DNA from: Neodothiora populina
Taxonomy: Eukaryota
Reading direction: 5' to 3'
Length of the DNA stretch: 64,000 nucleotides
Assembly (NCBI RefSeq): GCF_041146345.1
Contig: NW_027191409.1
Location: 1,302,001 to 1,366,000, forward strand
The notes under the pieces are model-generated. The model was not told the origin of the DNA. It made no database searches and saw only the letters and a list, made by a program, of their open reading frames with translations. Shown in pieces: positions 11,431 to 24,306 of this stretch (positions within the stretch are counted from its first letter, which is position 1; the number at the start of each line of letters is the position of its first letter). Position numbers and translations under genes: made by a program.

Positions 11431-12943
11431 GATTGACTCGCCAAAAAAATAACCACCGTCGGAGCAGCTCTGCTGTGCCTGGAAATCACTCGAAACGCCA
11501 GAAGCTGGTGGCTGGACGGAATGTGGATTGGATGGAATCAAGTACTGATCAGCAAAGGTGCGTCGAGCTGGAAGACACGGAAGTGTTGAGGTGAGACGAT
11601 GAGGGCAGCGAGACAGCGAAGGTTCAAAGACCTCGTGTTCGTGTGGTGTACGGTGCTGTAAGTGGCATACGGAGTGTGCATGAACACTGCTCTGAGACAG
11701 ATCGCTGGGGCTTGCTGTCCAAATGCGACACAGAAGAAACCCGAGAGTCGATAGTTGCTGACGATAGTGTCTTGCACTCTGCCACTGTCCTGAGAAACTA
11801 CCCCTCTTACTATCTCAATGTAGCTTCTTATTATGCCATCGAATCCTGCTTTTCTTTGCTTCCAGTTGCTTCGCAAAGTCCGAGCGCCGTCTGCCCAAAC
11901 AACAGACATGGACAACGACAAGTCAGCGGAAAGTATCAGACTACGGCGCCTATTCTAAGATTAGCCTGCTCTACGAACTGACCTCGGCCAAGCGAGAGGG
12001 CGAGATGAACGTCTCGTTCATAGGCCTTTGCTGGGAAGCCATCGCCATGGATCCTTTGCCGATCCGCATGGTGAGGATTGATCGTTCTGTCAAGCAGCGA
12101 CCTTTTCCCGCAGCCGAAACCCAAGCCATCCCAAACTAGTGCTTATCTATTGCAAGGGTAGGAGAGCGAGCAATATAAAGCCGCAGTGGGAGATACTCCG
12201 ACTCTGCTACTTTTAGTGCATCATGCATGACCGGCCATGCTTGAGGAGATCGATCAAGAAACAACATTTATGGGACGATAGATGCAGACATAATCAGGAG
12301 ACAAAATCTGGCTGGGAGAGATCGCTACGGGATAACTCTGCTGCACTTGCATGAGGCGAAGAAGCATTCGTATTGTCGTGTACAAGTATGTATTAAGGTA
12401 AGTATGTATGTACGGAGTACTGTATAGGTAGCTATTGTAAGGTAATCTACTGAAATGCATTTCATCAAAATGCCATGGGTATCATTTCATGCCCGAGCGT
12501 TGCTGTCCAACGGCCGGCTGCAACGGCCGCCGTTCATTTACCCCGGCGGCTCCGCTTGTACCTAACTCCGTGTAAGAGGTGAACCTCATCTTGTTACGCT
12601 GTAGATCAAATCCTGCACACCAACTTCGAAATCAGAAGAAACCACTGTAACAGTCGTGCTAATGTTGGCCATTATGTTAGCTTGTATTGGACGTCGCCAC
12701 CAAGACCAGCCATGGTCTATGTTGCCCATGATGTAGTAGGAACAGTAAGGATAGGTTGCCCTAAGTAGATAATTTAATGCTAGGAAGCAAGGAAAATGTG
12801 TAAAAAGTTGTCGTCTTTCGTCTGCAGTGAGAGGCACTTGCTGCCACTATAGTGAGAGCCGGTGTGTGAACGGCTTGCTGAAGGCTACCAAACCAGGAGC
12901 GCAAACAGGAAGGGAGCGCCACCAGGGCATCTCCCGAGGGCTC

Positions 12944-14975
12944 CTAAATTATGAGAGAGTCCCATTCCTTTCGCTGCATCACGTCCCGCCAGTGAACGCT
13001 CTGGTAGTCTCCTGCAACAAAGCCGGCCTCATTGATCCTCCAGATGTCTTTGAATAACTCTCGAATGCGGCCGAATGATCCAAAATTGGCTGCCTCACCA
13101 AGACGCTGGCATCGTTCTCCAAACATCGGCCGGAACGAGGAGTTTGGAAGCGAAACTGAGCCCGCGACCAATAGTGGCCAGATCAGTGCTCGGTCGAATC
13201 CTTCTGCTCCGGCAGGAATATAGTCCATGATCTCCACAAAACGGGCAATAAGATTGATAACACTCTGCTGGCCAGTATGAAATCCAGGGACCATGGTGCA
13301 AAGATAGATGCGAGCTGCGATTCGGAAAGCACATGTCATGTTGATGCTGAGCTGCTTTGGTCGCACCGCACCTGTGGCAGAGATAGCACTCTGTATGCAT
13401 TCGGGCGCGACCTCGCTATTACTGATCTCATTGCCGAGCAGCTCCACATACCTGCAGAGCATGACTTCCTCCATGCCTTCCAATTTGCGTGCCTCGAGAC
13501 ATGCAATTTCTGATATCAGGAACATTATGTGGTCATCACAACCCATGAGTTCTGCTAAGCCTACGCCAGCCCCTGCAATGTTGAGCTCTCGGTACGTGTC
13601 TGCGAAGACTGGAGAGTGTCCGAGCATCGTGGACCCAAGTATGTCGATCCAAGCCGTGAGTGTCATGTTGAAGGGCGGGTGGTATGGTGTACCGCTTTTG
13701 GCTAACGTGATGACATTGTTCGGCAGATCTAGTTTCTGTACCAATGATGCTGCGGCTTGGAAGTGTTGATGCCAGGGAATATCAGGTAGGCTGTCTTTCG
13801 GCCGCCCAACAGAACAATTGAAGAATATCATTCCAAGCGTAGCCTCCAAAATCTGCGAGTGATCCGTGTCACGGTTCAGTGCTTCGCAAAGCTCTGACAC
13901 CGTGGCGAATCGATGTCGCATGATGTCCGCATCAAGCTGCTCGGCCCCCCTAACATCAATCGACCTCATGTGAATCGCAGCGATACTCAAACAACAGTGC
14001 AGATAGCACTTGTTCGACCCAAGCGCGGGCAGTATGATGTCCGACCGTGCGGAGCCATGCTGGTTAGCGTCCAGTATGGGAAATATGAGTTTCGCGACTT
14101 TGTCGATGAAGTGGTTGAGGAGAGGTCTGTCACACTCCTCTACATCAATGATGGTTTCGTGAGTCGGTGTTACTTGACCATGAGGAAGCTGGAAGAAATC
14201 GAAGTCAATAGGCTCCTCGGCGAAGGACTCTTGCTGATGCTCGTAATACTCTTGTTGGATCCAACTATCGGCTCCATAGCCAGGCGTGATGTCATGTGAC
14301 GGAGGAGGCTGGAAGGTGCTGAACGTCGAGATCGTTGAATCCCTCCTTGTGGGGACATCATTGACATAAATCTGTCGCTCCGTCTTGATGTCAACATCAT
14401 ACGGTGAGAAGATAGGGTAGTGAGGAGGCGGGATCGACGGGTCCAATGGTGGTATCGCAAAATAACCTTCGGGCGACAAGTGAGGAAAGGTACATTCTGT
14501 GGCATATGGCGTTGTCACCGACTGATCGCGGGACTGCGACTTCTGGTCGGAACAAGTCTCCGAGGTCGGTACAGACTGGCAAAGACTAGGAGGCGTCTGC
14601 GCATTCTTCTTCGCGAGCTGTGTAGTCTTGATGAGATCTTTGATGTCCTCCTTGTTCTTCTTTCTCGAGTCCCCGTTGCTCCACCACATGGGCCTTTTGT
14701 ACTCGCACGTCAATCCCAGATGCTTACATGCCTTACAAGCGGGCTTGCCTTCATCGCACTTCTTTCGTCGAAGGCGGCAGGTGAAGCAGCCTGAATATGG
14801 GGTAAGTAAAGGGTCGTGCCTCGAATCTTGGGTTATAACGAGGATCGTATATACCTGTTCGCGAACGTCTGTGCGTCTTGAGTGCTGCTGCCTTTGCATC
14901 TTTGATGGTGGAAGTAGGAGCACCCATATTCACACGTGTTGTGGTTTTGCTCGTAGCGGACGCAGCAGAAGACAT
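12944..14975 (-). CDS. pro1: Zn(II)2Cys6 developmental transcription factor of the PRO1/NosA/ADV-1 family; exons 14975-14855 and 14790-12944
   Basis: After removing intron 14854-14791: [45 protein letters not shown]. Also has IKTERQIYVNDVPT, a fungal TF middle domain and the C-terminal VHWRDVM motif typical of the family. The start could instead be the ATG at about 14927. Confidence 0.88.
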
Positions 14976-17960
14976 ATCAAGGTATATGTATGGATGTACT
15001 CGCAGACCTGCTGCAGGAACTATTATGATTATGGCTGGTAGTGCAATTCGAATCGAGAATGACTGTATTGGTGCAGAGCTACTCGCTGCTTGATTAAATG
15101 ATGAGAGACTAAAGCCTGGACCAGCCGGGCTATTTCTTTTTCGGGGAGGGGAGCAACGAGGACAGAACAAGGAAAGAGAGCAAATTAAGCTGGCCTGCCA
15201 ATGATTAGTTTGAGGAAGTTGGATGGGAAGTTGTACCTTATATCTCCTAATTGAGAGAGAAAGACAGTAAAATGCTCCATAATCTATTCTTGGAGTGGCC
15301 GACAAAGGCGACTAAGGCAGTGTCTTGCTGTGGAGTCGAGAGACTTGCATGCATGATCAAGGTCCTCGATTGGCCGACAATGACTTTGTGGCGCCGTCTG
15401 GATATTAGACATATGAGGAGATCTGGGTATGCACTATTTTTGCGCCTAGCTGCAGGGCTCATATGACCGACTTACTTCTGATATTGACCATGACAAGGGG
15501 GGCAAACGTGGTTGGCCGCTGATCCGTTGTACAACACATGCTGGCCCTGGCAGGTTGTACATCAAACTTACCTTTGACCCACTCGTATGGTATGAACTAC
15601 GCTGTGTATGCGACCCTTTCCAGCGACCCAGCTACCGAGACTCATAGTGAGCATCGTACGAAGTCCAGTCCCTGATCGGCTCGTCACTGCTTGGAACCCG
15701 CCCAGACACCATCTTGCAATTTAGCTAATTACCTGCACTGTAGGTTGGGGTATACGCTCAATGCGTCAAGTGGGTCGCCTCGCCAAAAGTCTCAACGACG
15801 ATCTGCAAATCATATATCTTGGGTGCTAGCAAGACCGATTGATTTTAAGCTCGTGTTCAAGCTCAAGCTGTGAGTATTCGTAGCCTCTGTTATAGTTTCA
15901 TAATAGCTCTGTCATTCTGCCGAAAACACATTGCGGTTCCAACAACATCGCTCAATGAAAGGCGGTCAGGTACTGCGATGCTGGCAGAGAACTATAGCAC
16001 ATGGGAGTGATTGACCCTTGCTCTGGGAGCTGCAAATGCTGCCGAGAGTAGTAGCTCAAGCGCATGGTGGAGGACGGTTGAGGGCAAGCATGAGCGAGCA
16101 TGCGAACGATGAATGACTGGACGTGGCTGATCGATCAATGTGACGGATGAACATGATTGCAGATTAAGCGTGTGATTGATATTGCCGTAGCGCCCGGCCC
16201 CGAACCAATCGCGGAAAGAGCCTCGTTCCGCGTGTGGGGGACGGTAGGGCCCGGTCATTCCGCGTGTCAGTCTGCCGGCCTTTGTGGATCCCTCTTTCCA
16301 CGTCCGGCCACATGTTGGGCGACAACCTATAGAAGACATCATGCCCAATCGCACATGCTGCAGCCATGCGATCAGGGGAGTCTTGTCCGGCAGCATTGCT
16401 AGCCAGGTAGGGTATGTCCATACACTGCATGCAAGCATGCAGAGTTGCCCTTGCATCAATATTCGCCAGAGTTGGATAGAGCATTCCGTGCTCTCTCTCT
16501 AGCGCCTGTGATTCTGATGCATGTAAGGAGAATGCTAGAGCAATGGCTATAGAGCGAGGTAGGGGGATTACTCTCAAACCTGCTTTCATCTACATCTGAT
16601 GGTTTCTATCCGACCACTTGGTTCGTAGGATCTTTGGTCGTCTGTACTTTCATGACCAAAATGCCCTGACAGGACTCCATATTGTCAAGGAATATTCACT
16701 TTTAGCGCGCAGTATTCTGCGAAACCTAGGTCGACATTCGCACTGTATATTATTGGCTTACGGACTCTGCGTCGTCACGATCATTGGTTCCCGATTGTGC
16801 GGTCCCACACGTTTGGCAATTAGTCTGAGGACTAATTACTCGCTATGTCCAATACAGCGAGGCTGTCGTTGCACACTTGAGAGCTTCTTTTGGCAGATCA
16901 ACTACTAAACTTGCTCTAAATATTTTGATCCGTTTGACTCGAGGATCTAAAGTCCTAGCACGGAGTCGCGTTGTGGTCCTTCGCTGGTCTGGATCTTTGC
17001 GAGAATCGAGAATACAATGATGACTCGAGGAATTGATCATGTGAAGACTTGCGATTGCTTTGTTCACACCGCCCCTTGCTGCATCGACCCAGGTCGGAAG
17101 CCGAAGCAGCAAGTCATGCCTTTCGCCCTTGCCTGCATGGTCGCAGGTGGACTACTGGATTTCACACGCGGTCCGGTCGTGGTACGACGTGACTGATGCA
17201 GTATTATCCCTGTGGCACATATGGCTGTACTCAACGGACCCTTAGCTTCTCGGCCTGTTTTACGCGAGCACACCAGCGAGCGAAGAAAGCAGCACGTTCA
17301 GATCGTTCTCGATACTTGGCACATATTCGTGAGATAACGATTCCGGGGGTAGTGGTTTGGGGTTTCCTATGTTCTAAAGAAAAGCTAATTTCACATGGAG
17401 CTTATTTGAGCACAGCATTAGCGAATGCACTCGAACGAATCAGTGACAGCAGTATCGCTTCATTGCTGATCACACCGACTCCTCTCCGCATTACGCGCCC
17501 AGAGTATGGCGTCCAATACCTGCCTCGATTGCCTCGAGACTTCATCAATATGCCGTATTGGATCGACAAAGTTCCCGTCTCATGCCTTCTAATCTATCCA
17601 TGCAGAGAATCCAGTGCTTTTCTAGCCACTCGCATTGTTCACCTTGACGCTACCTGCATAGCCAAGTCACGTTCCTCGAGATACGAAGCACAAGATGTCG
17701 CAGAGGTTAGCTCTTCAGATCAGATGTGTACAAGGGTCTCGTTGTGCTCAAACTCCAAAGACCCAAGAGCTCGCCGCTTTGCAAACTGATTGAATCGAAA
17801 TACACCGAAGTCGAGTGTGGCAGTCAATCTCCCTTGATTTGCAGATATTTCCTCACCTCGATCTAACTATCCTAAGCTCGAAATTACGCAGCGTCATGGT
17901 GCGTATATATTGTCTTATCCTATACAAGTTACCATAACATTAATCCCATAATAGCCTGTC

Positions 17961-20435
17961 ATGACCACCACGAGGTCGCAACCACGTGGTGGACGGAATG
18001 TCGAGGTATGCAAGCACGAAGGGGTTGACGCTGCAAGAAGTGACGCAGCGCGACCAATATCAGTGGCTACAGAGTTTGTGGAAACAGACATTGAGGACGA
18101 TTCAAGTCTCTTCGAAGAAGACTCGGAACATTCGGGCAGCAGTAACTGTGACTCGGTACGACAAACATGCAGAATTGATGGACTCCCTTTACTGACTGCA
18201 CTAAAGCTTGACAGTCGAAGACAAAGTCAAACGACTGTTTCCTCGTACGATGTACCTACTCCTCGCTCTAGCAGACAGAGACCTTTTGAGGTGATGATCA
18301 AACCTGTCGTGGGTCCTAAGGGACCTCATCTCTTCCGTGCTTCCCAATGCTCTGCCAACTTCATGTTCGACCACGCTCTCCAACTGTCACCGCTATTGCC
18401 AAGAACTCAGGAGCCGCTTACTCGATCCAAAGATCGTAAAGCACACGAACGTGAGGAACAAGCGGCAGCGCCTTGTCACGAACCCCAGACTGCCTTGTTC
18501 ACAAGCCAAGGGCGCCCTGCTCAGCACCAAGATGCCTCTGACTGGACGATCCAGCAAGTTGGTACATACATGCGCCAAGCCGGGGTAGCATCCGATGTTG
18601 TTACAAAGTTAGGGTTACATGATATCAGTGGATCTATTCTGATGCGCCTGCAATTTGACGATCTCAAAGAATTGGACATCCAGTCGTTCGGGAAGAGGCA
18701 CCAACTATGGAGTGCCATACAAACCCTCAAAGGGGAGGATAGAGAACTTAGTACAACTCATTCCCAGGAACAAACCCGGCCTGGCCCTAATGTGAGGTCG
18801 AAGTCTGATGGTGACATACCATACAGTCCGTGCTCGGATGTCTGCACTTCCCCGACGACACCTTCAGCGCAAAGTGGAGGCCACAGGAAGCGACGGCATC
18901 ACAAGAAAAACAGACGTCATCGTGATGACCCTGTCGAGCCTGGAGAGTCAGTCTCTATTGTGGCCATCGAGCAAGTAATACCAAAGCCACATGAGTGCAG
19001 CAAAGGAGAGGACTGCACCAAGTGGCAAAGACGTGAGCGCCTCCTCAATGCCATTCGACAGGAACAAAGCGGCAATGGATGGTCAGGCAGCGCTATCCGT
19101 GGAGGGCAGATTGTGATCACGGGAAATCCTGGTACCCCATCGACCGCGAACAAGATGGTACCGCACACCGCGCGCGAACAAGATGACCAAAGGCCAACAT
19201 CAGGCATTGTGCCATCTGTAGTCGCATCTTCTGACCTTCTTGGTCCGAGTCAGCTTCCTGCGTTCGCCCTGCACGAAGTAACGCTGGAGCAAGTTCAGCA
19301 TCGTGATCCCCAAGAAAATGTGAAGCATTTCCTGAATTTCCAGCATATCACTAGCAGGCACGTCGACGAGCCAGTGACTCCACCTCTTGAGATGTTCCCT
19401 GCCGTACACCACCAGGCTTTCTATCCGGCATTAGATGATGGGGCCTCGATTGGAAGGTCTGATAGCGTACCTCCTCAAGGGAATCGTATACAAGGTTCGA
19501 ATCCACGTAGCGGGTTCAGGGATTTGCCCAAGTTGACCATCCCACGCTCTGCCAGCGCGAGTCCATACCTAGGTGCTCCATCCAAAGTCATGAGTCCTAG
19601 CCAGTCTGTTCAATCACCCTGGCATGTTGTTAATCAGTCTTCGTTGAAGACTCTTAGGTCACCCAGCGTGCCGAATGTACCAGTGATGCACAGCAATCGA
19701 CCCGGTTCGGAGCTGGGTTTTCCGGTCACTGCAGTACCCACAGGCCCGATCGCCCGTGACACCAGCCAGTCTGTGCCACCTGACATGCAATACCGAGATC
19801 CCGTCATTCTCCAGCGCAGTGGGTCCCGTGCAGAGTGGCGGCGCCCCTCTCTTGCGATGCCAAAGCTCGAAGAAGACCAGATCTTTTCCACAGTATCTAC
19901 TGTGCCGCCTACCACATTTCCTGCACCAAGGTGCAATGTCCAGCGGGTGGACAAGAACCAACCAGATCGTGCTAATCTCGGTATCGATGTGGCCCATACT
20001 GGTTGGATGAAGAAGCGCAAGACAAAGCTTCTCCGCCATGACTGGTATGATGCGCATTTCCGCTTACACGGCACTGTACTGGATATGCATGAGAATGCTC
20101 GTCTCTCTGCTGCCCTTATGGAGACGATCGATGTGGACGAATACAGTGTCACCGTGAGCAATATTGCTTCGAACTCGAAATTGTCTTCTGCATTAAAAAA
20201 CCTGAAGCTCAGTGACAAGAAAAAAGAGACAAGAGGCTCACACGGTGGCGCGTTTGCCTTCCAACTGATCCCAGGCGACAAGGACAGGGCCAAGTTCGCA
20301 ACAGGTAAAACGCATCATTTTGCGGTAGACAATGCCGAGGAGCGCATCGACTGGATGCGAGAGCTGATGCTTGCTAAAGCTAAGAAGCAGAAAGAATGCG
20401 GCTACGTGATTGAGCACAACGGAGAAAAGGCATAG
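17961..20435 (+). CDS. SAM- and PH-domain protein (Boi-like architecture without SH3); probable in-frame intron 18156-18206
   Basis: SAM: DWTIQQVGTYM...HDISGSILMRLQFDDLKELDIQSFGKRHQLW. PH: HTGWMKKRKTKLLRHDW...FAVDNAEERIDWMRELMLAK. Confidence 0.88.
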   Translation: MTTTRSQPRGGRNVEVCKHEGVDAARSDAARPISVATEFVETDIEDDSSLFEEDSEHSGSSNCDSVRQTCRIDGLPLLTALKLDSRRQSQTTVSSYDVPTPRSSRQRPFEVMIKPVVGPKGPHLFRASQCSANFMFDHALQLSPLLPRTQEPLTRSKDRKAHEREEQAAAPCHEPQTALFTSQGRPAQHQDASDWTIQQVGTYMRQAGVASDVVTKLGLHDISGSILMRLQFDDLKELDIQSFGKRHQLWSAIQTLKGEDRELSTTHSQEQTRPGPNVRSKSDGDIPYSPCSDVCTSPTTPSAQSGGHRKRRHHKKNRRHRDDPVEPGESVSIVAIEQVIPKPHECSKGEDCTKWQRRERLLNAIRQEQSGNGWSGSAIRGGQIVITGNPGTPSTANKMVPHTAREQDDQRPTSGIVPSVVASSDLLGPSQLPAFALHEVTLEQVQHRDPQENVKHFLNFQHITSRHVDEPVTPPLEMFPAVHHQAFYPALDDGASIGRSDSVPPQGNRIQGSNPRSGFRDLPKLTIPRSASASPYLGAPSKVMSPSQSVQSPWHVVNQSSLKTLRSPSVPNVPVMHSNRPGSELGFPVTAVPTGPIARDTSQSVPPDMQYRDPVILQRSGSRAEWRRPSLAMPKLEEDQIFSTVSTVPPTTFPAPRCNVQRVDKNQPDRANLGIDVAHTGWMKKRKTKLLRHDWYDAHFRLHGTVLDMHENARLSAALMETIDVDEYSVTVSNIASNSKLSSALKNLKLSDKKKETRGSHGGAFAFQLIPGDKDRAKFATGKTHHFAVDNAEERIDWMRELMLAKAKKQKECGYVIEHNGEKA

Positions 20436-21489
20436 ACGGAATGAATGCCATCACTCAGCATACAAAGATGGGTAAAATTTGTTCAACAAGAATATGAGAA
20501 CATGAGGAACGGACACGGAGGACTCGGAATGATACCCCTTTCTGGATATTAGTATCCTTTTATTGGACCTCACTTACGAAAGAGCTTGGCTCAGCTTTCA
20601 AACATAAATTATTAATACAGTTAGTAGTAGTATATATAGCTTCACGCAAGACAAAAGTAAATGATCTGTTTTCAAAGCTTCGAAGTCATAGCGCTGGTTG
20701 CGAGGCGGAGAGTTACTTTCCTGAGACTCGAGGTTGCCTTAGTGAGCTTGATCTGAATGACTGATCTCGGATTGTTCAATTGCCGCCACACCAGGTCTAT
20801 GATCAAGAAAGGTGACAATGGGTGTATGGAAAGACATCTCAATGAGATGCCCTGCACAGAGGTGTTGTTTACTCTATGACGCCATGGGCTCGGAGGACGG
20901 AGATATCCCGCGGCGGCAAGTTCCGTTGATTTGTGTGGACGATCATTCTCCAGCTTTTGCGACGTGAAGATGACATGCATCACGGACATTATTGCTTTAA
21001 CTTATCCTCACTTACCTTCCCTTCTTTACCGCGTGGCCCATTCTTGCTTTGACGGATCTTGGCTACGCGACAAGCATCTGTATACCAAGCGCGAGCAAGC
21101 GACTTCGCACGGTTGCCAGTACCATTCTTGCATATAGAGCAGTAGAAAAGTCACTCCTCCTCATCTATTATCTTCTTGAACCTCCTATGCTTCATTAGAC
21201 ACATCGAAGGAGGAAAGATAGATACCAGAGGACATCGCTACCTTCGCCTTAACGCTTTCAGTTCTTCCTTGTGTTCCTCATTAACTTTTCAAGCACGCGC
21301 CGAGCTTGCTTCTTACGCGACACGACGGCTCGATCATCCGGTCAACTGTATCGTTATTACCAAGCTATCTAGGAGAAAGAGATCTGCTTGAAGTTTGCAT
21401 TCAGCACCGAATCATCTTTCAGGATCTTGTAAATAGACCAGATTAGCAAACGGCAAGCAGCCGAATACCTACAGCATACAGATATCGAT

Positions 21490-23604
21490 ATGTCCGACTA
21501 CACTCTAGGGGGCATGGACGAGATTGAGACTGCAGAACTTAGGGGCTTGCACGCCGAGGTTCTGGCGAACCCAGACGACTATGAGGCATGGCAGAAGCTC
21601 GTCGCCGGCGCTGAAGCTTTGGAGGGAGGCCTCAACAGGAATTCCAACCCTCAATCCATCAAAGATGCCAGACAAGTCTACGATCGTTTCCTTGCGAAAT
21701 TCCCACTATTCTTCGGCTACTGGAAGAAGTATGCCGATCTGGAATTTGCCATTGCCGGCACTGAAGCTGCAGAAATGGTTCGTTCAACACTTCAAATGTA
21801 CATGAATATCTCGTGATGCTGACCATTTCCATTCTAGGTTTACGAGCGCGGCGTCGCAAGCATTGGCATCTCCGTCGATCTGTGGGCCAACTATTGCGCC
21901 TTCAAGGTCGAAACAAACCACGATCAAGACATGATCAGAGAGTAAGTCCCCGTCCCTTCACACATATGACCAGCACACAGAACACGCAGTGCGCAACCAA
22001 AGACAACAGAAGCCATCGACCTCTGCAACGCTCTTCATTCATCGGAGACGGGTGAGAGCTCTTCAGACCCCATCTACACATATGGTCTTCTCACAATGAT
22101 TTCCTCAGACACAAAGCATTTTGATTTTCAGCGCTACTCATCTCTGGCTGTCATTGTCTACCTTCCGACGCTAGTTTTCTTGGAACGTGGCTCTGATAGG
22201 GGCATCTCTAGCTTGAACACATATCGTTTGCCCCCTCATATTTCCCTCTCCCCACTCCCTCACCCCCTGCCTGGACTTGACTGACATTGCCCAAGACTTT
22301 TCGAGAGAGGAGCAGCTAGTGTAGGCCTGGATTACTTGGCTCATCCCTTCTGGGACAAGTACATTGAGTTCGAGGAGCGCTTTGAAGCCCATGACAAGGT
22401 CTTCGCGCTCGTCAGCCGTGTCATGAAGATCCCAATGCACCAATACGCCCGATACTTTGACAAGTATAGGACATTGTGCGCGACTCGCCCTGTGACTGAG
22501 CTCGCCCCACCTGAGATTCTTGCCGCCTTCCAGGCTGAGGTGCAAAGAGACCCCGCGCTTCATGGTCACGGTGAATTGGAGATTGAGCGTGCTCTACGCG
22601 CTCGCCTTGACCAGTATCACATTGAAGTGTTCAACAACACCCAAGTTGAGACTACTAAGCGCTGGACATACGAGCAAAACATCAAACGCCCATATTTCCA
22701 TGTCACAGAGCTGGACGACGAGCAGCTGGAGAACTGGCACAAGTATCTTGACTTCGAGGAGTCCGAAGGCGATTATACTCGCATTGCCTTTTTGTACGAA
22801 CGTTGCGTTGTGACCTGCGCCCAATATGACGACTTCTGGACTCGCTATGTCCGCTGGATGTACGCACAGGAAGGTCATGATGAGGAGGTTCGCAACATCT
22901 ATCAGCGCGCCAGTTGCCTTTACGTTCCCATTGCAAAGCCAGCTATTCGGGTTATGTGGGCACTTTTCGAGGAGATGAGCGGAAGACCAAGCATCGCAAG
23001 TGCCATCTATGAGGCGATTCTTATCTCTCTACCAGGACATCTAGAAGCTGTCATCGGTCTCGCCAACTTGCAACGTCGCCAGGTCGGTCACGAAGCCGCT
23101 ATGCAAGTCTACCAGCATTATATCTCTGGAAGTGACTGTGCGCACGAGATCAAGGGTGCCCTTGTTGCTTCGATGGCATCACTCGCATACAAAGCCAAAG
23201 CCGATGCCGAGCAAGCACGAGCTCTCTTCCGTGACAACTCGCAAAAGTATCTGGACAGCCAGTCATTCTGGGACGGATACCTTGGCTTCGAGATGAGCCA
23301 GCCGACCACCACGGAGAATGAAGAGCAGCAGTACCACCTCATCAAAGCAGTCCACGACGACATTCGTCGCAAGAGCCAGCTCTCTCCTGAGGTCGTCAAG
23401 GGATTGTCCCAGAAATACATGACTTATCTCACGGAGCGCAGTGACCAGGGTGTAGCACAAGAGTACCTCGACCTCGACGCTGAAGTGAACGGCCCACTTT
23501 CCATTATCCCGACTATGCGCGCCAAAGGTGCAGCGATGGCCAAGGCAGGATCTTTCACGCTTCCTCTCGGTACCGCTTCCAATGAACATGTTAGCAGCTC
23601 CTGA
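21490..23604 (+). CDS. PRP39: Pre-mRNA-processing factor 39 (U1 snRNP HAT-repeat protein); exons 21490-21777, 21838-21941, 22296-23604
   Basis: VYDRFLAKFPLFFGYWKKYADLE; VYERGVASIGISVDLWANYC; ELFERGAASVGLDYLAHPFWDKYIEFE; RWTYEQNIKRPYFHVTELD...NWHKYLDFEE. Introns 21778-21837 and 21942-22295 both restore the frame. Confidence 0.94.
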
Positions 23605-24099
23605 AGGAGCCGGGCAATCATGGATCAGTTGTAACAACACTCAGAGATTCGACCGCAAAGGACGGCATTACAGACAGAAGATCAAGTCGTGGAGGTGTGG
23701 CCTCGAGCCCGGCGTTCGCTATATTGCGACGCTACCTTGTCTCTCTAGGTTGCAGGTCGTGTGACTCCAGCTAACTTTACCCGAGATATAATGCTCTGGG
23801 TGTCCTTTGCATGTCATGATAATGATCTTGCTATATAAGGGGGCTAGAAGACCAGTGCATCATGTGAGTACTTTTACGCCACCGAAACTAATAATGCAGA
23901 TGCACGAGCACGTGCAGGCGTCAGCGCCTAACATAAGACGTTCATAGTGTCAGAAATGCCAGAACTTCAATCTATAGACTGTGCTTCTGTTTAATCATCA
24001 TGTCTTGTGGCAACGTAATGCTGGGCCATATCTGCTTGCACAGTCACAATGAGAGGTCAGTTGCGACGATGTATCTACGATGAACCATGAGGTAGGAAG

Positions 24100-24306
24100 G
24101 ATAAGTCGATATGAGGCTCACTGACGCCAAGACGGCGCCGGCCTCGGTCATTCATATACTCTCATTAAGATAAGGGGATAGAGATATGCTTATCGCCCAT
24201 GGGTAATGGTCATTCACTTGTCTCAGTAAACCGCAGACCGAGGCGCTTTATCGCGAGAAATGCTCATACGAAACGGCCGTATAATCGATCATAAAGCCTT
24301 TTTATC
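24100..24306. promoter_or_regulatory. Cluster of GATA motifs upstream of the GGT gene
   Basis: GATAAG at 24100 and 24169, GATAGA at 24177, GATA at 24183, CTTATC at 24189, TTTATC at 24247 and 24301. Confidence 0.55.
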
